From NCBI GenBank assembly GCA_946965045.2, contig OX337232.1:248001-312000 (forward strand): DNA of 64,000 bases, read 5' to 3'. Made by a program: the position numbers and the translations under genes. Source of the stretch: Epithemia pelagica. Lineage: Eukaryota; Protista; Bacillariophyta. Position 1 is the first letter of the stretch. Every line of letters starts with the position of its first letter. Below, piece after piece: positions 11,499-22,847 of the stretch. Under the pieces are notes generated by a model. That model was not told the DNA's origin, did not search any database, and was given only the letters and a program-made list of their open reading frames with translations.

Positions 11499-12776
11499 GA
11501 CAAGATGCCGACCACGGCAATCTGTATCCATCCAGCACAACACACGTCTCTCGCTATTTACTCATGGACCAATTCAGTCTCCCGTGTCACAAGGTTACGA
11601 CGACGATGACAAAAAGTAGAGAGCCCGAATCACCCACAAGTGCTGGTCGTCCAGTTCTCGCCCGTTGTTGGAGATTTTGTTCTCAAGACCACACACATGT
11701 CTTACACAAAAGACGAAACAAGGACGATTCGAACGCCGACAAAAGGATATCCAACCAACAGAGGATTGGTGACCGTTGTGCCGCAGCACACAAGACGACG
11801 ACGACAGCACATTGGTCTTGCTCTCTTGCTCTACTCTCTAGTAGCAGCTAGTAGAGAAATCGACCAGGATTTCCAAACATGACTCCTCTCCAGACAACCA
11901 TAACGACAATCGGTCGACGACGAAGAAAGGCGTTCCCTCTTTTTCTGACTGGAAGTCAGGCTTGTCTGACACCGCCCCAATCAGCACAAGACCCAAAGAA
12001 GGATAAGTTGGCTGGTTTGTCCCTCTTTGAGCGACACGAACCAACCAACCAACCATTGACGCAGTCTCCACAGAAACATGTGTGGTGCCCAAATCATGCT
12101 CCCAAAAGGACACGACGACGACGACGACGACAAACTGAGTAAACGTTGCAGTGGCCAGCATCCCAAAATGATTCAACAACAACAAGAAGAAGACAAACTC
12201 TGGGTCTCTCCTTCTTGTTGTTGAAGATACAGAGTCCGTGGTCCGCAAAGAGATGGGAACTGCTACTACTTACGAAAGGCGAGTCGTCGTCGGCCCTTTG
12301 GGTGATGATCGTGATGGTGGCGGTATCGCATTGTCTTGGTTCATTCCAGAAAAGGAGACACAGCACAGTGTTGCATTTGTACTTTTGGTTCCTTCACAAA
12401 AGATTGCGATTGCATCGAAACGCCAAGCTATAGCGTCCAGGAGGTCGACCATCCATCTCCCACCAGGATAGTCTCATCACCGTAGGTCAAGAGGAACGGT
12501 TGGCCTCGGTCCGTGACTGTAAAAAAATACGCCATGTGGTAGGACGTTGGAGAATGATCACATTCATGGTCGCTCGTTGCAATGTGCATCAAAGCAAGGA
12601 GCCACATGGTTTGGTGACAAGACGATACGACGGCGCACGATTCTTGTGGTTCAGATGTTTCCCCACTTGTCGTCGTTGAATTGCGGGGTGGACTTTCTCT
12701 CTCCTCATTCAGGTACAACGCCGCGATGGCTTCAGAGAAGAAAATCCTCTAGAATATCCATTCTCAAGAGTCTCTA

Positions 12777-12948
12777 TTAGCAACGCTGGAGCTCGTACTA
12801 TAACAGAAGTAATAATAAGAGTGCTATGGAACTCGTAACTTTATGATCATGGTGTTGAGATTCGTATCCTCCTCCATGTCTCATTGTTGTTACAATAATG
12901 ATTACGATCATGAGTACACGAAAGGAGATTCGGGTGTCAGATTTCTGA
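12777..12948 (+). repeat. Diverged copy of the PP2C 3' end (last ~11 codons plus 3' UTR); direct repeat with 13951-14145
   Basis: Shared blocks taataataagagtgctatggaactc, catggtgttgagattc and agtacacg.aaggagattcgggtgtcagatt. Confidence 0.8.
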
Positions 12949-13236
12949 CATGCACTCAACCATGATTGCTTGTTGGTCCATGACGGGACAGGCCACACGG
13001 ACGGTCCAACGCGGTGGTTTCCACACGCACTGTGACGTTCCGGCATGGTCTCTCAAATGCGAGCCCGGAGTAGTCCCGTCCACAACACATGCAATGGTGT
13101 GACGAGAGCATGCCAGACTGTTGTGACACCACAGGTCCTTGCCCACCAGGAAACAACAGGGGTCTCTGCACAAAATCGACCAGATCCATCACAATCACAA
13201 GGAAGGAAATCATCACACCCACGCACGACACCCACC

Positions 13237-13827
13237 ATGACGATCCCTGCTGAATTGGAAGAATACTTGTCGAAACTGGTGTTCGTTCGAGAAGGAAACG
13301 AACTTCGTACCGAACAAGTATCGACGCGTACCATGGACATTCTGGAAAGTCACAACCAGGCCCGGTTTCTCGCGTCCTTGGTGGAAGAATACTTGTCTCC
13401 CTTTGGTTCTTGGAAGGGAAAGATGTACGAAGTCATTGGACGCGCGTTGATGAAAGAGGATCTACAGCTGGTGATGGATGGCCACAAACGTTTTGCTTTC
13501 TACGTGCAGTTGGAGAATGTGTCCTTGTTGGAATTGGCCGTTTGGAAGTTTTCCTGTGTTACAATGAAGGACGAATATGACGACACGAATGGGGAAAGCA
13601 CCCGAAGCTATCTTGAGTGGAAAATTTGGGATGAAAGCGGTTGGAAAGCCTACAAGAAAAAGCACTATCGCTGCAACCAAGTTGTCGTAATCATGAATCT
13701 CGTTGTTCCATTCCTCAAAATGAAAAAAATGGACAAAGATGAAGATGATGGTTCTCACACAGCCGGTTCTATCTCCTCTATGACTGGTGGGATTACACTC
13801 GATTCATTCCTTTCCGGTGACTATTGA
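13237..13827 (+). CDS. 'SLLELAVWK' family protein, copy 1 (no zinc finger)
   Basis: LSPFGSWKGKMYEVIGRALMKE...LENVSLLELAVWKFSC...WKIWDESGWKAYKKKHYRCNQVVVIMNLVVPFL. Confidence 0.75.
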   Translation: MTIPAELEEYLSKLVFVREGNELRTEQVSTRTMDILESHNQARFLASLVEEYLSPFGSWKGKMYEVIGRALMKEDLQLVMDGHKRFAFYVQLENVSLLELAVWKFSCVTMKDEYDDTNGESTRSYLEWKIWDESGWKAYKKKHYRCNQVVVIMNLVVPFLKMKKMDKDEDDGSHTAGSISSMTGGITLDSFLSGDY

Positions 13828-14111
13828 TTTTGGTCATGGCGTTTACGCTATTGTTTGGTGTCAAGTCCGATAGTCATGTTCCAATCGTATGTGGTCTCCA
13901 TTGCAACAAAGAAGAAGAAAATCCTTCACAATATTCATTCCCAAGATTCTAGCAACACTGGATCGCTGGAGATCGTAACCGTAATAATAATAAGAGTGCT
14001 ATGGAACTCTTAACAAGGTTCTTTTTACTCGCCAAAACTGGTAGTAGGTATAGTTGCATGGTGTTGAGATTCCTCCGTCTGCTGTGATCCTTATATGACT
14101 CCGTATTATCA

Positions 14112-16911
14112 TCATAAGTACACGGAAGGAGATTCGGGTGTCAGATTCTCTTCCTGGACACCCAAGGACGATGACGAATCGTTGCTCAGTTGATGTTCCA
14201 CGTCAATAGTATCATCATCTTGAGGTTGTGCTTCTTGGAATGTGGAATTGTCGATATTGGTCACGACAATGGCCGTGGAGGTGGTGCTGGACGACGACAC
14301 GGACGCCGTGGTGCTGGTGGTGCTGGTACCGGGTGTGACAGAATGTCCAGCCGGTTCCAGGGTGGCCGTGTTGTCTTCGTAATGGTCGGCGCGATAATAA
14401 CTTCGGGAATGGGGTTGCAAATCGACAATTAAAATCGTCATATTGTCACCTCCAATCCCTTGTGTCGTTCGGGGATCGGCACTGATGATTTCATCCAACA
14501 AATGGGCACCAATTTCCGTCGGTCGTTGGGTATCAATCCGATTCCGCACATAATCGACGGCTTGTTGATTCGTGACACAATCCCAAATGCCATCGCATCC
14601 CAAGATAAAAAATTCATCCACATCCGGGTCGTCCTCGTCACTGTCGTCCTTGTGCAACACGAGTTGGACTTGGACCAAATCGGGTTCGGCGGTAATCATT
14701 TGTTCGGCGGGGGTTTTGTAGGCCACTTGTTTGTATTTCAAATCGCCAATGCTTCGACTGAGATTTAAATTGCCATTGACGCGACCAAAATGATTGACAA
14801 AGCCACCGGCTCCTTGAATGCGTGCCAATTCGACTTCGTGATTGGGTTTGTGATCAAACGACAAGGGAAAGGCCACACCGCCCCGACCCAAAACGGCTCG
14901 GGAATCGCCAGCATTGGCCACGGTCAAGGTATGACCGACCAAAACGGCCACCACGGCGGTGGCACCGGCGTGAATGGGATGATCGGGCAAATTGCACACC
15001 ATGCGGCCATTTTGCCAGAGTGAGGCGGGAAAGTGGGTCGTCTTGGCTGTGGGTGGACCATGTACTTCTTCCGAGTTGGTTGCAGTTGTGGACGAAACAG
15101 ATGGTGTAGAATTGGTTGTCGCACTTTGTTGTTGCTGTTGTTGTGGAACCGTGGTGGCAGAGGTGACATCCTGGTCGTCTTCGGGTTCGACAGCGACAAT
15201 GGGTGGATGCAATGACTGTTGTTGTTGTTGTTGTGGATTGGACTGTTCCGACTGTGGAGAATGGGCCATGTGCAAGAGTCGTTGAAGCATGACCGAGACT
15301 TTGCCAGCCGTGGACCGATTCGGAGGAGGAGGAGTGTTGGCATTCTCGTCGTCATCATCGTCGTCATGAATCTCGTGCGAGTCATTGCTTCCCGGATGTA
15401 CCAGCGCGGAACGTGTGGGAGTCGTGGTCAATCGGCTGGAGGGAGTGGCATCGGGAGACTGTGGCAAATGGTGAAGAACCTGCAAGTCATGAGGATTGTG
15501 ATGCTGGTGATCCTCTTCGTCATCGTCATCGTCATTCATTAAATCTTGATCCATTCGCGAGGCTTCTTCTTGACCCACCACCATGACATCACTGTCATCG
15601 TCCTTTTTCTCCGTCGGAAACTCTGCTTGCACGGCAGCTTGCAACAATTTCAAGGCATCTTCATCGTCCGAGTCCTCGTCTTCCTCCTCGACTCGTTTCG
15701 AGACTGTCGGAGGAAGCGGAGCGTGTGTGGTTGTTCCATTTGGTCCACCCGCGGCCGCAACGACATCGGCTCGTTCGTCAAAGGGCATTTCTTCTTCGTC
15801 ATCGTCGGGTTTTTCCGGTGGACCCGCGGGAGGATATTGCGGTGGATGCGGCCCGGGAATGTGCAAGGCCTCGCGTCGTTCGCCCGGGGTCAATTTGCGG
15901 GTCCGCAAACTCCACAATTCGTCGCTGCCACAACAACAACACAAAAAAATCAAACCACACACATGGCGTTCCCAACACAGTCATTGAATCAATCCAAAAG
16001 AATCGAGTATCATCATCATATAGTATATCCCAGTAATCACAGAGTATCATTGTCATTACCATCCCCGTAGAGAGAAAGCGAGAGAGTATTCATGATTTCC
16101 CCGCCCAAAACACACACACACACAAAACAACAACAACAAGGACCGCAACGAACGCCATGACACACACCCGAAACAAGCCCCAACCACAATTCACACACAG
16201 GAACCACAACCATGTCACAAACCCAGCAAGCAAGCACAATCACAACACGCAGTCAACGAAAAAGTAGAAGAAGCAGAAACAGAAAACGAAAAGTATCAGA
16301 CTTGTGTGTCGTACAACACAGCAAATGTGCCATGCCCCAACAAACACATTAACAATAAGAATCCAACTCTACCAACCAACCGGTTGCCAGAATTCCAAAC
16401 CCGCCGAGTTTCTACCATATCATATATACACACCAGAAACAAGACACACAAAAACACAACACTCGACGTACCGATGCAAGGGATGATCAATCATGCGATC
16501 CAAGGCATGAAAGGTGGCCTTGAGCGCCCTTCCCACGGCACTGACATGAGGATTTTCCTGCTGCGACGACTTGAACCACAAGGACTGTGCTTGTTGTTGG
16601 GACCAGGTCGGTTGTTGGACGAGGACCGAGACCAAGTACAATTGACAAAAGCGGGCCACTTCTGGACCGCCATGACCATCAAAGACGGCAAACACCTTGG
16701 CGGCTTGGTTGCTGGTGTCGTTGGGGTGGTGGTGGTGTGGTACCGAGGACGACAGTCCGACCTGCGCCACGGCGACATGGGCATCTTCCATGGATTTGCG
16801 CCATCCTTGCATATCGCAAATGCCCCAGGCCACGGGCGATTCCTTACAGTCCATGGCTTGACCCCATTCGTGCGACTTTTCCGTCACGGGCGTACTCAAA
16901 TACGTGCCCAT
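14112..16911 (-). CDS. Protein phosphatase 2C (PPM family, PPM1G-like with long acidic insert); exons 16911-16472 and 15924-14112
   Basis: MG.YLS.P N-terminus, MQGWRKSMEDAH, VFDGHGGPEVA, GATAVV, ANAGDSRAV, DHKP, GNLNLSRSIGD, ILGCDGIWD, GGDNMT. 547-bp GT-AG intron keeps frame (CG|C). Confidence 0.95.
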
Positions 16912-17540
16912 ACTGCTTGTCGGACGGCTTGTGGGATTGTCTTGTCAACAAATGTGTGGAGTGGCAGTGGCGACTCGGACACACACCAATGCGAAGAGAG
17001 ACGGCGGCCGACGCAACACCGCTCTCTTGTTGTAGATTGTCTCTCTTCTCTCTCGAGTGCTCTGGTATTCCAATCTATCTACACAACAATGCCGGATGGA
17101 GCCGTAGGCATGTAGGTAGTAGTCGATGAAACAGAGCGAGAGGAGGATGCCGTTATCCACACGGGGCCATGCTCTGGCATACAATTGCAATGCGGTTCGT
17201 TGTTGGCGTGTGTTGCTGCCACTGCGACTCGCGCACCGGACGATGTGTCCGGCGTAGAGACTTGTCTGCAGGCGCGCACTGTGGAACGCGCATGCGCGCA
17301 GTCCCGAGTTCCATCTGCTATCTGCTCTATCCTTTCTACTCCTCCTACTCCTCTAGCTAGTATGTGTACAGTAGGCGTCGTATTCTTCCCACGATGAGAC
17401 CACGTCTGAAGTCTACTCCTAAAAATTCGAAGTACCGCTCTCGACATTTTGTGGAGCTTGTGCCACACACAAAACCACCTGCGACTTGCAATGGACTATC
17501 CCATTCCAATCGTTCCTTCCGTTGGTGTTGTGGTTTGGTC

Positions 17541-18079
17541 ATGTCGTCATTTCGTTCGTTGGTTGCCACGACGGTGCTTTGGCACAGCCGCCGACAAACC
17601 CCACGGGCGGCGCTCGGCCCCACGTTGCCACCACAGCCAACGACAAGGTTGGTGGTGGGTCGACGGTGGAAATGGACCGCCACCGACGGGAACCAACCAG
17701 ACCACGAATTGCGAATCACTGGTGCGGATCCCCCCGTAAGACGGAATTACAAAACTTTGAGACGGAATTCAAGAAAGTTGAGAAGAACTTCTTTGAGACG
17801 GAATTCAAGAAACTTGAGAAGAACCTTGGGACGTCCTTAAAGAAGAACCTTGAGACGTCCTTCAAGGAATTAAAGAACAATCTCCGTGCCTTGCATTTCA
17901 AGATCGACTGCGTGTCATACTGGTTAGGGGGACTCATGATTTTCCTCTTCTTTGGCGCCTCCTACAGTTACTTGCAGACGACTCCGCCCACGACAAGGGT
18001 GTTGTCAAACCGTTCCCGAGATACCAAACGACTTGAGAGCGTTTCGAGTGCTTCCAATGTTAAGGATGGCAAACTTTGA
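17541..18079 (+). pseudogene. Mitochondrial-targeted coiled-coil + C-terminal TM protein (CCDC90/DUF1640-like), frameshifted at C6 run 17730-17735
   Basis: The R/S-rich presequence frame (MSSFRSLV...RRWKWTAT..ELRIT) switches to the NFETEFKK coiled-coil/TM frame. Paralog 21449-22084 has C4 here and is open. Confidence 0.6.
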
Positions 18080-18148
18080 GCCCAGGGTTTCAAATAGTTG
18101 CGAGAATCCCAAGACGATGACAAGACGATGACAAAACGATTGCGTATG

Positions 18149-18694
18149 TCAACAACAAGAACGACCGATGGTAGTTTGCGCAGCACTAAAGGGAGAGCCT
18201 GATGGACTGGTGCTCAAATAGGCTTGATCGTTGTCCGTTGTCTTGTACTTTTTGTACAGGGCCTCAAACTTGGCCAATAGTTCGGGTACAGTCTTTGTTA
18301 CATATTCAGCCTTTTGTTCCTCTGTGCTTGCAAAAGACTTTTCGACCCAGATATTGCGAAATCCCTGGTATTCATCGGCAATGACATCTTGGACGTAGTC
18401 CTTCCATGCATCTCCCGAATCCAACTGGTTGATACGGGCAAAGTACCGGGCCATGGAAATGTGCTGGCTCAAATGACGATGGCCATCCTCTGTATAGGCA
18501 ACTGGAACTGTTCCGCATGGATTTTCACCAGACTCCACCAGTCGTTTCTGTTCGACGCCCCATACAGAGCCATTGTATTGGTACAACTCTTCTTTATAGG
18601 GAATGGCATTTGCGAGCAGAAAGAATCGTAGAGTTCCTCCCCGACCGCCAATGTGACCCAAATCAAGATACTTGAATGAAACAGATGATGCCAT
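18149..18694 (-). CDS. Glutathione S-transferase, apparently C-terminally truncated
   Basis: FKYLDLGHIGGRGGTLRFFL, NPCGTVPV, LSQHISMARYFAR, QDVIADEY. Similarity ends at YLSTSPSG; the usual helix-6 N-capping region is missing. Confidence 0.75.
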   Translation of the reverse strand: MASSVSFKYLDLGHIGGRGGTLRFFLLANAIPYKEELYQYNGSVWGVEQKRLVESGENPCGTVPVAYTEDGHRHLSQHISMARYFARINQLDSGDAWKDYVQDVIADEYQGFRNIWVEKSFASTEEQKAEYVTKTVPELLAKFEALYKKYKTTDNDQAYLSTSPSGSPFSAAQTTIGRSCC

Positions 18695-19205
18695 TGTGAA
18701 AATGTACTTGGTAGTTGTGTTGTTAGGTCGAACTTCGATTTGTTGCGATTGTGGTTTTGTGAGAGGAGTGACCTACAATTTCCAGGAACATGGAAGAGCG
18801 CGAGAGAGCAAGGTAGAACATTTAACGAATCTTGCCCATGAAGGATGCGATCTTTTATCTTTTCCCAGCGAGAATCCGCGACTGAAAGCCGACGCAAATG
18901 TGAAAGGAAAAAACTACCCTCGCTACTCGCCATGTCGCGTCGCCGTCTTGATCGATGGTGACCTTCTTAGTAGACGGTTCGACCTACCTAGAACTCAACG
19001 CCTCCAAGGAAAACCCTCAACAATATCAGCAACAACAAAACACGGCGACCATCACAGACCGTGTAGTATTGCGTTCAGAGGAACAGCGGAAAATCTATAG
19101 TAGTGGATGGATCTCCTAGAACTAAAATTTTACATGAAAAGGTTCAAACTTGTTGCAATTCGACTATGATATCCGACAAACCAGGCGCGCAGGGAGAGGA
19201 CGATA

Positions 19206-20093
19206 TTACTTTCCTTTCCGAGACTGTTTCAAATGTACCATAATATCCCAATCATTCCCAATCATTCTAATCTTCTTGTATTCCAAACCATATAACATCA
19301 TACAGTCTTGATGGTACTCTTGAAGCTCTCTGTCTTCTTTGCAAATGTCGATCAGGTCTTCGATATCTTCACGGTAATGTTCGTAGTCACCGTTGTAGAT
19401 ACAGGTATTGATTGCTTGAAGATGCTCAAAATGGAAGTCGCAGACCTTGCAGTGATCCATGTCTGCACGCATTGGTACAACTATTTCTAGTTTGTTGGTC
19501 CTCAAGTGTTCGTAAAACAAAAATCGCGCTGTATATAAGCAACTGTACTTGTACGTGCGTTTGGCTCCTGCTTTTGCTGCTGCCTCGTTATCTTCTTCTT
19601 CTTCCGTTACCGTTGCAGCTGCCTTATGTTCGTTCACAATAGGTGCTTCGCGTACATCATGTTCGGCTTTCAGGATATCGAGGTGTTTCTTGGCATGCGT
19701 AATTGTGGATCTCAAGTTCGTGCCCTTATTCACCACCATCAGGTCACTTGTATCCTGAAATCCCAAACTGTCTAGTTTTGTCCTCAAGGATTCCTTGTCC
19801 ACCATGCGCGGATGAGCCAAAGTTACTTTTCTGTTCCGCATATAATCAACCATGTAGCGAAAATGGAGCCAATCCATGTCAATCGGAATCGGCTCATCAT
19901 CGTTGGGCTGACTCAGGCCCTTTCGCTCCGTCGCGAGTTTGAATAGCTTGGTATCCGGAAAGCGGCTGAGAAGGTCTTGAGGCACATCCACCGAGAGTCC
20001 TTCGACTAAGAACGACACGCCACGATGATAGACTGCAAAGGCAGCCCTACTTGTCGGCATCCGATTTGAAGCCCGTAGGTGGGTTCGAACCAT
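19206..20093 (-). CDS. BTB/POZ (KCTD-type) domain protein
   Basis: VSFLVEGLSVDVPQDLLSRFPDTKL...IPIDMDWLHFRYMVDYMRNRKV...LDSLGF. Confidence 0.75.
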   Translation of the reverse strand: MVRTHLRASNRMPTSRAAFAVYHRGVSFLVEGLSVDVPQDLLSRFPDTKLFKLATERKGLSQPNDDEPIPIDMDWLHFRYMVDYMRNRKVTLAHPRMVDKESLRTKLDSLGFQDTSDLMVVNKGTNLRSTITHAKKHLDILKAEHDVREAPIVNEHKAAATVTEEEEDNEAAAKAGAKRTYKYSCLYTARFLFYEHLRTNKLEIVVPMRADMDHCKVCDFHFEHLQAINTCIYNGDYEHYREDIEDLIDICKEDRELQEYHQDCMMLYGLEYKKIRMIGNDWDIMVHLKQSRKGK

Positions 20094-20789
20094 GGTGTTC
20101 CAGAGGACTCCTATCGAAAACATGAGATTGTTTGTTCCAGCAGAAATGAAGGAAAACTGCGAAACTGTGACCCTGCTGTGGCAGAACTGCTGTTTACCTC
20201 AAAACCTGTTACTGCGCTGTGGCACGCTCCGCTCAGGTGTTGTAGAGTCTGTATAGTCGGTAGAGTCGGTCCAATCTTGTCCATCTCCCGCGAATTGAAC
20301 GTCCATTTTGGATCGACTGTCAAGGTGCTCACGATTCGAAATGCGCACGTTACGTGGAGTGTTCCTCGTATGTCGCACTATAGGAGCGAGTGTTCGTGTT
20401 GGCTTCAGACTTGTTGCCGGACAGATAGATTGTGGCAGGTACTCAATACTACTGGTTCTGCAGCCGTCTTGATTTTCTTCGTGCCGAGGGGTCACCATAG
20501 TCTTGTGGTTCGTTCTGGTGGATTCTGGAGCATGCTCCCTGTCGTTGGATGTACACAATTTGGGTCGGACCTTGAGCGACCAACCAAAAGGGGAACAAAA
20601 GACTAGGAGGCCAAAACCGACGCGTTCTCGACTAGTACCACCCAGTTGGACGATCACCCGAATCTCTTGGCCAACCATGGGAGCATGGCCTCTCGAATCC
20701 GGAGGTCCATTCTTGGTTTTTTCTGACATTCCCCCATTTTTGGTAGCAAGAAAAGGCAAAGCAAGTTCCGGTGTGTTGTCGTCGCGTCA

Positions 20790-22150
20790 TCCTTGAATAT
20801 CGCAAATGCCCCAGGCCACGGGTGATTCCTCACACATAGGTCCCCATTGTAAGATGTAGTTTGTGGAGTTGTCGTATGACGTGTGTGATTGTCGACGTAT
20901 GTGGAGTGGCTGTTTGTAGGAGTGGCGACTGTCACACACCAATGCAAAGCCGACAGCCGATGCAAACCAGACCGAGGGAGGCTTCTTCTCGTCGAACTCG
21001 CTCTCTTGTTGTTGATTGTCTCTCGGGTGCTCTGGTATTCCAATCTACACAACAATCCAGGATGGAGCACTATGTACATGTAATACTACCTAGATAGATG
21101 AAACAGAGCCTTCATCCACAAGCCACAAGCGGCCATGCTCTTCATAAGGTACAATAATTGTTGGCGTGGGTGTTGTTGGCGCTGCTGCCTCTGCGAAGGA
21201 TGGATCGCGCACCGGACGACGTGTCCGGCGTAGAGACTTCTCTGCAGGCGCGCAGTCCCGAGTTCCATCCGCTACCTGCTCTATCCGTACTGGTTTTTCC
21301 CCCACAATGAGAGACCACGTCTGAAGCCAACAACTACTCCTAAAAATCCGAAGTACCGGCTCTCGACATCTTGTGGAGCTTGTACGAAACACGAAACCGC
21401 ATCATTGCCTCCCATTCCAATCGTTCCTTCCCTTGTTGTGGCTTAGTCATGTCGTCTCTTTCTTTGATGACCAAGACGGTGCTTTCGCACGGTCGCAGAC
21501 GAAACCAACGGGTTGCTCTCTGCCCCAAGTTGTCACAGCCAAGGGGAGCGACGACGTTGGTTGGCCGAGGAGGCCGATGGAAATCCACAGCAAGCGATGA
21601 TAAACAAGACCAAGAATTGCGAATCAGTGCAAAAGAATGGAAAGACAAAATCAAGCCCAAATTCGATCCCCTCACGACGGAACTAAAGAACTTTGAGACG
21701 AACTGTGCGACGGCCTTAAAGAACTTTGAAACAAACTTTGAGACGGAATTAAAGAACTTTGAGACGGCCTTCAAGAAGAAGGTGCTTTTGCACGGCCGCA
21801 GAAACCAACGGGCTGCTGTTTTGCCCAAGTTGCCGCCTCCAGCGACGCCAGTTGCTGCTCGTTGTGTAGGCCACCGCCGCCGGTGGAAGTCCACTACAAG
21901 TGGCGGCAAAAAAGACAAGGAATTGCGAATCACAGTCAAAGAATTTGAAGACAAAATGGCGGAACTAGAGAACAAAATCACGACCTGGGCTATTAAGATG
22001 GAGATATCGATGAATAACTTGGATCTCACGATGTACGCGTTGGGCGTAGGCGGACTCATGATTACCCTCTTTTTCGCCTCCTAGATTTACTTGCAGACGC
22101 CTCCGACGACGAGCATTCCCAAGATGCCTAACGTCAAGCCCCGGATTTTA
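20790..22150. repeat. Segmental duplication of ~16790-18070 (PP2C exon-1 5' fragment, shared upstream region, coiled-coil gene)
   Basis: Collinear shared blocks: atatcgcaaatgccccaggccacggg, gtgctctggtattccaatcta, gtgtccggcgtagagact, gcgcgcagtcccgagttccatc, atgagaccacgtctgaag, ttgcgaatca. Confidence 0.9.
21449..22084 (+). CDS. Mitochondrial-targeted coiled-coil + TM protein with internal tandem duplication of presequence+core
   Basis: Two units of HGRR.NQR...PKL...RWKST.S...ELRI followed by a coiled coil. C-terminal TM YALGVGGLMITLFFA. Confidence 0.65.
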   Translation: MSSLSLMTKTVLSHGRRRNQRVALCPKLSQPRGATTLVGRGGRWKSTASDDKQDQELRISAKEWKDKIKPKFDPLTTELKNFETNCATALKNFETNFETELKNFETAFKKKVLLHGRRNQRAAVLPKLPPPATPVAARCVGHRRRWKSTTSGGKKDKELRITVKEFEDKMAELENKITTWAIKMEISMNNLDLTMYALGVGGLMITLFFAS

Positions 22151-22847
22151 AATGACTACAAGCCCAAGACGACGACACGGCGATTGCAAGAAAGGCCGTG
22201 CGATGGATTGTAGTAAATCAACACTGTCTTTTAGTATTTTGGTTTTGGTAACGTCTCCGAGGGAACCTTCGCAAAGTCTTGGACAAGTTCCGGAGCCACA
22301 CTATATTTTTCGGCCACGGATTCCGCCGGCATCCTTGGTCGTTTGGCGCTTTCATTCTCGTGTACGTGGCTCGCCCTAGAATATTATTTGGATTGCCATG
22401 GAGTTTCGTCTCTTGTTCTTTGAAACAACTTATTCAATGAGATTATTGGTCGAACGGTTTCCTGACTGTCGGGAGATGGATATATTCTTACTGTTACTAT
22501 ACGTTTACTTTGACTACTCCAATCTCTAGGATTCTACCCGTCTGGTTGCTTCCCTCTTGCATGCGGTACACTCCCACCATTCGGTCGAGCGGGGGTAGGT
22601 GGGCCGCACCACAGCAACAACAACCACAACAACAACAACGAAACCGTGTCACTCTCCCAACTGTGATTGAGTTTTGTGGAATTCCAGTGTTGGCCCCACA
22701 CAATCACCACGGAATGGAATCCGTGAACGACACGGGGGTCGCAACCAGCAGGACGGTTAAGTCGTTTTGGTTCCACACACACATACACACACAAGGCGGT
22801 GCGTTCGTCACCCTTTTGCCCATGGGTGTGGGTCGTCGTTTTTTTGG

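Noticed and set aside
11000-12720. Protein-coding genes among many short ORFs
   Set aside because: Dominated by (GAC/AAC)n simple repeats; no consistent frame, splice structure or recognisable motif.
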